From Nemertoderma westbladi (Eukaryota > Animalia > Xenacoelomorpha), in the NCBI GenBank assembly GCA_032718475.1, contig JAUCBJ010006881.1, forward strand, positions 59,795-123,794: a stretch of DNA of 64,000 nt, written 5' to 3'. The position numbers and the translations under genes were made by a program. Of the stretch, positions 57,760 to 64,000 are shown one piece after another (positions within the stretch are counted from its first letter, which is position 1; the number at the start of each line of letters is the position of its first letter). Under the pieces are notes generated by a model that saw only the letters and a list, made by a program, of their open reading frames with translations, did not search any database and was not told the DNA's origin.

Positions 57760-60660
57760 GGGCTGTTGCGCTGTCAGTCAGAGAGGTAACAGCCTGTGGG
57801 GTAAGGATTTACCTCTGGCACCTGTATTAGACAAATTAGCAGTAGATGTGTAGGCCCACCAGTACTGTGCACGGTACAAGACCCGAAATTTAGCCTACAT
57901 CTGTAAATAATACACGTTTCGCGGTACAAGACCATATAAATTAGACCACCATCTGTAAAATGCTCGCGTGTTCAGGAGTTGCACAGATGTCAGGATGTGC
58001 TGATTCTATATCATGCACTAGGCCTAACGGATTCTGGTAGCCTGGAACTAGACCACCTGACCACTACAAAAACTGATGCGACAGAGCGAGGTGCCGTTAG
58101 CCTAACATTTCTCGGAGGCTGGTCCGATAACACTCAACGCATTGTTTGGTTGGAGATTGACATTACCGGTATTGCATTACACAGTTACAGTTTACATTAC
58201 TGCATTACTGCATTATTACATACGGATTTAGTATGGATTGAGAAATTGGATATATTTGACGTCAATGGAGGTTTGGGTTTGGTTTGAGAAATTAATACAG
58301 TAATATCACGTAGGCCTACCTAATCATATCTTTGCGTTAATTATTACTAGATCCACTGGCCACCAGCCACCTTCAACAAACCATCATTGCCGAAGGGCAC
58401 TCAGCTAAGGGGGCGGAGCGCATTAAAAACTCTAAGTATCGCGACCTAATGGACCGGGGCCATTTATTTCACCCGGTGGCCTTTGAGACCTTTGGTCGCC
58501 CTGGTCCAGAGACATCCACCTTCCTCCGGGAGATCGGGGCTCGTCTGCACAGTGCCACCCACGAACCGCGTTCACACCAGTTTCTGCTCCAACGCCTGGA
58601 TAAGGCAATTTTGGTTGGTAATGCAGCCTCAGTCATGGGGACAGCAACCACGCCAACCATCGGTCTATTCGGGGACTGAAGAGCCGAAACCAATCGAAAC
58701 TGTCGAAATGGTTGCCAATGCAGTCACCAACGGGATGACGGCCGAAGATATTCAATATTCAATACTCTATGCAATCTCAAATATTCAATGTTCGATCCCT
58801 AGATGGGGCAGTACTGTTTGGGCACAGTGCTTTAAATGCTGCAGCCTAGCCCAACCCCGGCTTACATCCTTCAGTGGTCGATTCGATTGGGAACCAAGGT
58901 AACTTGGGAAATAGAGTGGAAGGGTTTACTGTGGAAGATCACCCATGGTCGCATTCCTTGGCTTAACGAGCCTAAAAGATTCTCCCATTCAAATATTCAA
59001 TTCGGTACTGTACCTTCAATTAAATATTCAATCTTAGTATTATTTATGTGCTTCGTTATTTAATAATGTGATTAGATAAAAAAAATAAATTAATGAAATA
59101 TAATTCATCTGTTAATTATTACAAAAAAAAATCAACATTATATTAACATATATATAGTTTTGAATTAAATGTTTCGAAATCAACAGTCATTCAATGAACT
59201 TATACAGCAGTGTCATATATCGCGTATCCCTTGGCTGCTTGGTTTAATCACTATTCTTTATTCAAGTATAACTGAATCCTGGCCCAGCGCCTTCACCCTC
59301 CACTGATAATTTAAAATCGTAACTTATTCACTCTTTGACTAAATTATACCAAACTTGGTAAACATGTAATCTTGTCTATCGGCTAAAATAAACACAACTT
59401 GCTAAAGTTTCCCCTATAATGTTTTTTCCTATAGAACAGGATGCAGTTTTATTTTAGTAGTAAACAAGCTGTTATTTGCATCGATTTTCACCTGGAGAGG
59501 GAAGAATATTGAATGCCCCATGCCCCCCCCCCCCCCCCCCCCCCTGCAGTTAAGTAAGTGAAAATATTTCGGCACCATTTAATTTTATTATCACGGTCGC
59601 ACATCACTGTCAAAAGATACAATTCATTATAAACATAACAAAATTAATTATAATAATTCTAAAAATATAAGACAGATCTTCCTAAAGTTAGCTCTTTAGT
59701 CTTTAGCAATCTTATACATTGACAAGACTTATAAAATAATTGATGTTGAATAATTTATTATTAAGATTAAAATATATTATTAGGAATTCGAAGAAAGCAA
59801 ATTGTATTGAGTTAGTATTGGCAAGTTAATCTCACAAACCAGTCTAGTCTGTCTAACTTTAGAGTAGCCTTGTTCGCATTGTTCCAGGTTTAGGCCTATA
59901 GATTCCACCGTCTTCGTTCCAGGTTTATTTCTGTAATAGACTCCGTTATCCGTCTCGATCGCTTCGCTATGCACCATCTTACTGGGTTTAATAAACTCCA
60001 TCGCCTTCCTGTCGTTCTCTGTTTTGTAGATTAGGCCTACTTCGCCATCGTCTGATCGCTTTGGTTGCGTGTTTAATACTGTCAGACTGTAATAGACTCC
60101 GTTATCCGTCTCGATCGCTTCGCTATGCACATCTTACTGGGTTTAATAAACTCAGAAACTCCATCGCCTTCCTGTCGTTCTCTGTTTTGTAGATTACTTC
60201 GCCATCATCTGATCGCTTTGATTGCGTGTTTAATACTGCAATAGACTCCGCCGCCATCGTATCGTTCTGGATACTTTGAATAGACTCCATTGTCCATCGC
60301 GATCGTTTCATTGTTACGTTTAATTGACTCCGTCGCCTCCTCGTATTAGGAATCCGGCCGGGTTTCGTAGATTCCGCCATCGTTCAGCAGTTCAGTGTTT
60401 TTAATCAAAGCCGGAATTCCGGCACCGGCACCACGATCAACAATTTCGGAAGTAACAGACTCCGTCAACAACACTCGGTGCTCGGGGATTAAAAAATACA
60501 ACTATCGGCTGATTGGGCGACTTGTAACTGGGCGATCATCTATCTGATAGTTGAAAAAGACTGTCTGACAGTTGGTTTCAGACTATCTGATAGTTAGAGC
60601 CCCATGGGTAAATCCTTACCCCATGGGCTGTTACCTCTCTGACTGACAGCGCAACAGCCC
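57760..60660. mobile_element. ~2.9-kb TIR element (GGGC-starting TIRs, possibly PIF/Harbinger-like) with internal cargo
   Basis: ~54-bp inverted termini gggctgttgcgctgtcagtcagagaggtaacagcc...ggtaaggatttacc; no clear TSD. Confidence 0.7.
58340..58679 (+). pseudogene. C-terminal REL-endonuclease fragment of a CRE-like non-LTR retrotransposon
   Basis: AERIKNSKY...FHPVAFETFG...FLLQRLDKAILVGNAASVMGT. Confidence 0.75.
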
Positions 60661-62174
60661 CTATAGTTTCCTTGTGCTTTTACAAAAATCACACCCTGAC
60701 ATTCGATTCAGGGTACCTTATTGTTAACCCTTATTCAATTGTTTCTAGACCAACAATTTTTTCGCGCACCAACCCTTTTGTATTGTTGTTATTATTAAAC
60801 AAGGTGGGAGTAATTAAAAGTACAAAAGGCAGGCCACAAATAATACACTTTAATGGATACCGTCACAGTATTTGAAATAAACAAGTTAATAAAATATATT
60901 CGGAATGTGCTCAACGGGAATCTGCGGCATACCAACGCATTTACAGGAAGACATTTTGCTCCACAATAGTAACTGTTATGAACTATGGTACATTGTAACA
61001 ATAATGGAAGCAAGGAATAAACTTTTAATGTTGTCTTAAAGCCGATAATTTAAAACAAAATATTATTAAAATCTCAAAATATTCGGAAACTGACATATGT
61101 CATAGCTTGTCATATGCAACTGTCATATTGGGAAATTTACCGACCATACCAGATCTAGTTATTGGGGAAGTGACTCAAAGGGAAAGTGACTTAAGGTAAA
61201 TATTATTGGGGAAAAGTCTCATTGGGGAAAGGAGGTAAACGCTACACCTACACTACTTACACTATTAGCTTATTCAATCCCGCTAACACCCCATAAAGTT
61301 ATAAGCCGATAAGCAATATTGGGAGCCACGAGATTGGATAATTAACCAACTCGTGCCATCCCAATAAGAGTGGGAAGGAAGCACACAATAAAGGGTCAGG
61401 GGCCAAACCCCTAACCCAGAGAGAACAGATGGAGTGAACGGGAACACTCCACGGGGTGCCAACAAGGGTATCAACCAATCAGAGGGGGGCAAGGCATCGA
61501 TTAGGTAGTAATTAGGCCAACCGTGCAATATAACCAGTAACCCAATATCAGTAATTCAGTTATCTCAGTGCAGTAGTGCTAGCATAGGTTAATTAGTTTA
61601 GATAGGGGAGCACGGGACTTTTAGTTACCGTATCCCGCCTTCCATATACTATACAATATATCTATATCTTATACCTCTATTATTATACACCGAACTTCAG
61701 AACTCATTTTACTTTCATTCACTCTTTATACACGGCGGGGACGCGTGAACTAAATACCGGATAAATCGGGATCCCTCCTGGATCCCGTCACATACACCTA
61801 CAACTACTTGAAGGCAGGTTAGTAAAGAAACATGTTACAGAGGTGGGTTGAAAGAATCAAAACAATAAACAAGAGTGGTATGTATCGTACCGCGTGGTTA
61901 AGCAAACATAATAATGATAATAATAATAATCAGAGATATATATAAGAGCGCATTATTCAGATATTATTGCATGCCGAGAGGCATACACGTTCAACAATAA
62001 TGCAGTGGTGGGGGAGACCACTGTAATACACCATCAGATAGTGCAGTGTAATGTGGTGTAACATAACTGAAGTGTAAGTGTAGTGGAGTGTAGTGTACAC
62101 ATACTGTAAATGGTACTCAATAACCCCATGACTGTGAAAATAACCCCATGACTGTGAAAATAACCCCACCCCAA

Positions 62175-62343
62175 AAACGGTGAAATATTTAGGGTGTTTC
62201 TTGGATGCCAACATGTCAGGCGATTCAATGGCAGTAAAGGTTATAAAGAAATGCAACTCAACTCTACGATTCCTTTACCGACAGGGGTCTATATTCTATT
62301 ATTACACCAAAAGGTTACTTTGTAATGCTCTAATTCAACCGCA
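62175..62343 (+). pseudogene. CR1/L2-type LINE ORF2 3' fragment
   Basis: VKYLGCFLD...KKCNSTLRFLYR...LLCNALIQPH. Confidence 0.65.
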
Positions 62344-62556
62344 CAAGCAAAGGTCTACAGAACCAACTACAGGCACTCCAACGTACGTGCATACGATTCT
62401 ACCTGGGACTGCACCACCAGACACACATAACGCCAGACCACTATATTAAAATGTCATTTTGACACTCGTGTTGAGCAAAGCACATTATGTCACATGTATC
62501 GTATTAGTCGTGGCCTATCCCCACCATATCTCCAGAATTTAGTTATTTTCAACTCT

Positions 62557-63354
62557 ATTACTACTACTACTACTAGGATCGGCATGCTGCATTGCAGCTG
62601 CATTTTTAAGAATGCTGTGCCGGCTTATTGACAAAATTGCACCGCCACAACTCCCTATCACCCATGACATTTGCTAGATCATCCGCATCTTCAAGGCCAG
62701 TGTCCTTTAAGATGCGTCTCAAGAAAGTCATGGGCTGTCCACCATGCTTATTCACTCCATGAGGCTGCCAAAGTACAAGATTATGTAGAGGCTGGTCCTC
62801 ACGGCAAAAGCAATGTCCTGTAAAGCGGAGGTGACTTTGTTCTAGTGTCAAGCTTGGGGGAACCAATGAGACACCTCCAATGTTATATAGTGTCTGGTTG
62901 GAGATGTGTGTATTGTATTTGACACAATGAACCCGGCGTAGCATTCTTGTGAATGTGCCATCCAGAGATTTGCTGTCCTCAGCAGTTAGAGCCCAGCATG
63001 GACTCCCATAGAGGAGTACTGGAACTACTGCTGCTCTAAATAATCGGACCTTAAGTTTCCGATTAAATCTCGGTGACTTCCAAATCCTGGAAAGCCTATT
63101 CAAGGCTGCCCATGCCTTTCCCTTACGTATTCGAAGGTCCTCACCTGACTTCCGGATCCATGATCCCAGGTAACAGAAGTCATCCACATGCTCAAGCATA
63201 CCATCTTTTGAGCTTATGCTCATCCGATCAGAGACTTGCTGAGGACTTTCAAAGTTAACTGTCAAAATTTTGGTCTTTCTGGAGTTAATAAAAAGACCAA
63301 CACTAGAAGCAGCATGTTCTAATGAGCTGAGGAGCCGTTGGGCTCCCTCTAGTA
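62557..63354 (-). mobile_element. 5'-truncated RTE-clade LINE
   Basis: GLFINSRKTK, FCYLGS, KVRLFRAAVVPVLLYGS, LRFTGHCFCR; (TAG)n tail. Confidence 0.88.
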
Positions 63355-63688
63355 GTTTTCGAGTTATAGCACCATTTTTTAACCCTACTTTTGGCACTTT
63401 TTTTGAGACGTTTTTTGAAAATTACATTTCATTAAATATGAATTGTAACATCTTTTTTTTGGTATTAGCATCATATTTTAATATGATGCTAATACATATA
63501 CATAATTCATATATCATATTTTGGTGTTAGCAATTGGATGGAATTCATATAAATTGATTTAGAAATTTCAAACTTGTTTTTTTCCGCGGGTGCCAAATTT
63601 TGGTGCCACCACCAAATTTTGTAATATGTCAATTTTGTAAATTGATTGTTTGAAACTTGTTTTTACGCAATTGGGGATTTTTCGGGTT

Positions 63689-63995
63689 CTACTACTACTA
63701 CTACTAGGATCGGCATGCTGCATTGCAGCTGCATTTTTAAGAATGCTGTGCCAGCTTGTCAACAAAAATTGCACCGCCACAACTCCCCTATCACCCATGA
63801 CATTTGCTAGATCATCCGCATCTTTAAGGCCAGTGTCCTTTAAGATGCGTCTCAAGAAAGTCATGGGCTGTCCACCGTGCTTATTCACTCCATGAGGCTG
63901 CCAAAGTACAAGATTATGCACTGGCTGGTCCTCACGGCGAAAGCAATGTCCTGCAAAGCGGAGGCGATTTTGTTCTAGTATCAAGCTTGGGGGAT
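63689..63995 (-). mobile_element. Second RTE-clade LINE 3' end
   Basis: Near-identical to 62560-62860, with (TAG)n tail. Confidence 0.85.
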
Positions 63996-64000
63996 GTGAA

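Overview
AT-rich, repeat-dense animal (probably bilaterian invertebrate) genomic DNA. The centrepiece is a young, full-length, very large (18.8 kb, 10133-28909) BEL/Pao LTR retrotransposon with 1282-bp near-identical LTRs and a CCGTG target-site duplication. It has two unusual properties. (i) There is no tRNA-type primer-binding site; instead the 11 nt immediately after the 5' LTR are exactly complementary to an 11-mer inside the LTR, and a diverged second copy (36262-41924, minus strand) shows a compensatory change in both partners, suggesting Tf1-style self-priming. (ii) An intact 1417-aa third ORF sits in the env position and encodes a DEDDy-like 3'-5' exonuclease fold plus Zn knuckles, preceded by a long G-U-rich RNA hairpin. 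Also present are Polinton/Maverick-like long inverted-repeat arms (1-4702 and 34090-35601) carrying triple CTCF-like sites, tRNA-like Pol III boxes, a palindromic 22-bp array and a C2H2/acidic protein gene. Host genes are a 4-exon HSD17B10, an intronless caspase and a frameshifted intronless torsin. There are many nested DNA transposons/MITEs (pogo, Tc1/mariner-type, hAT, MULE-like, IS3EU-like) and LINE fragments (RTE, CRE, CR1/L2). All calls are from reading the sequence by eye; no database searches were run.
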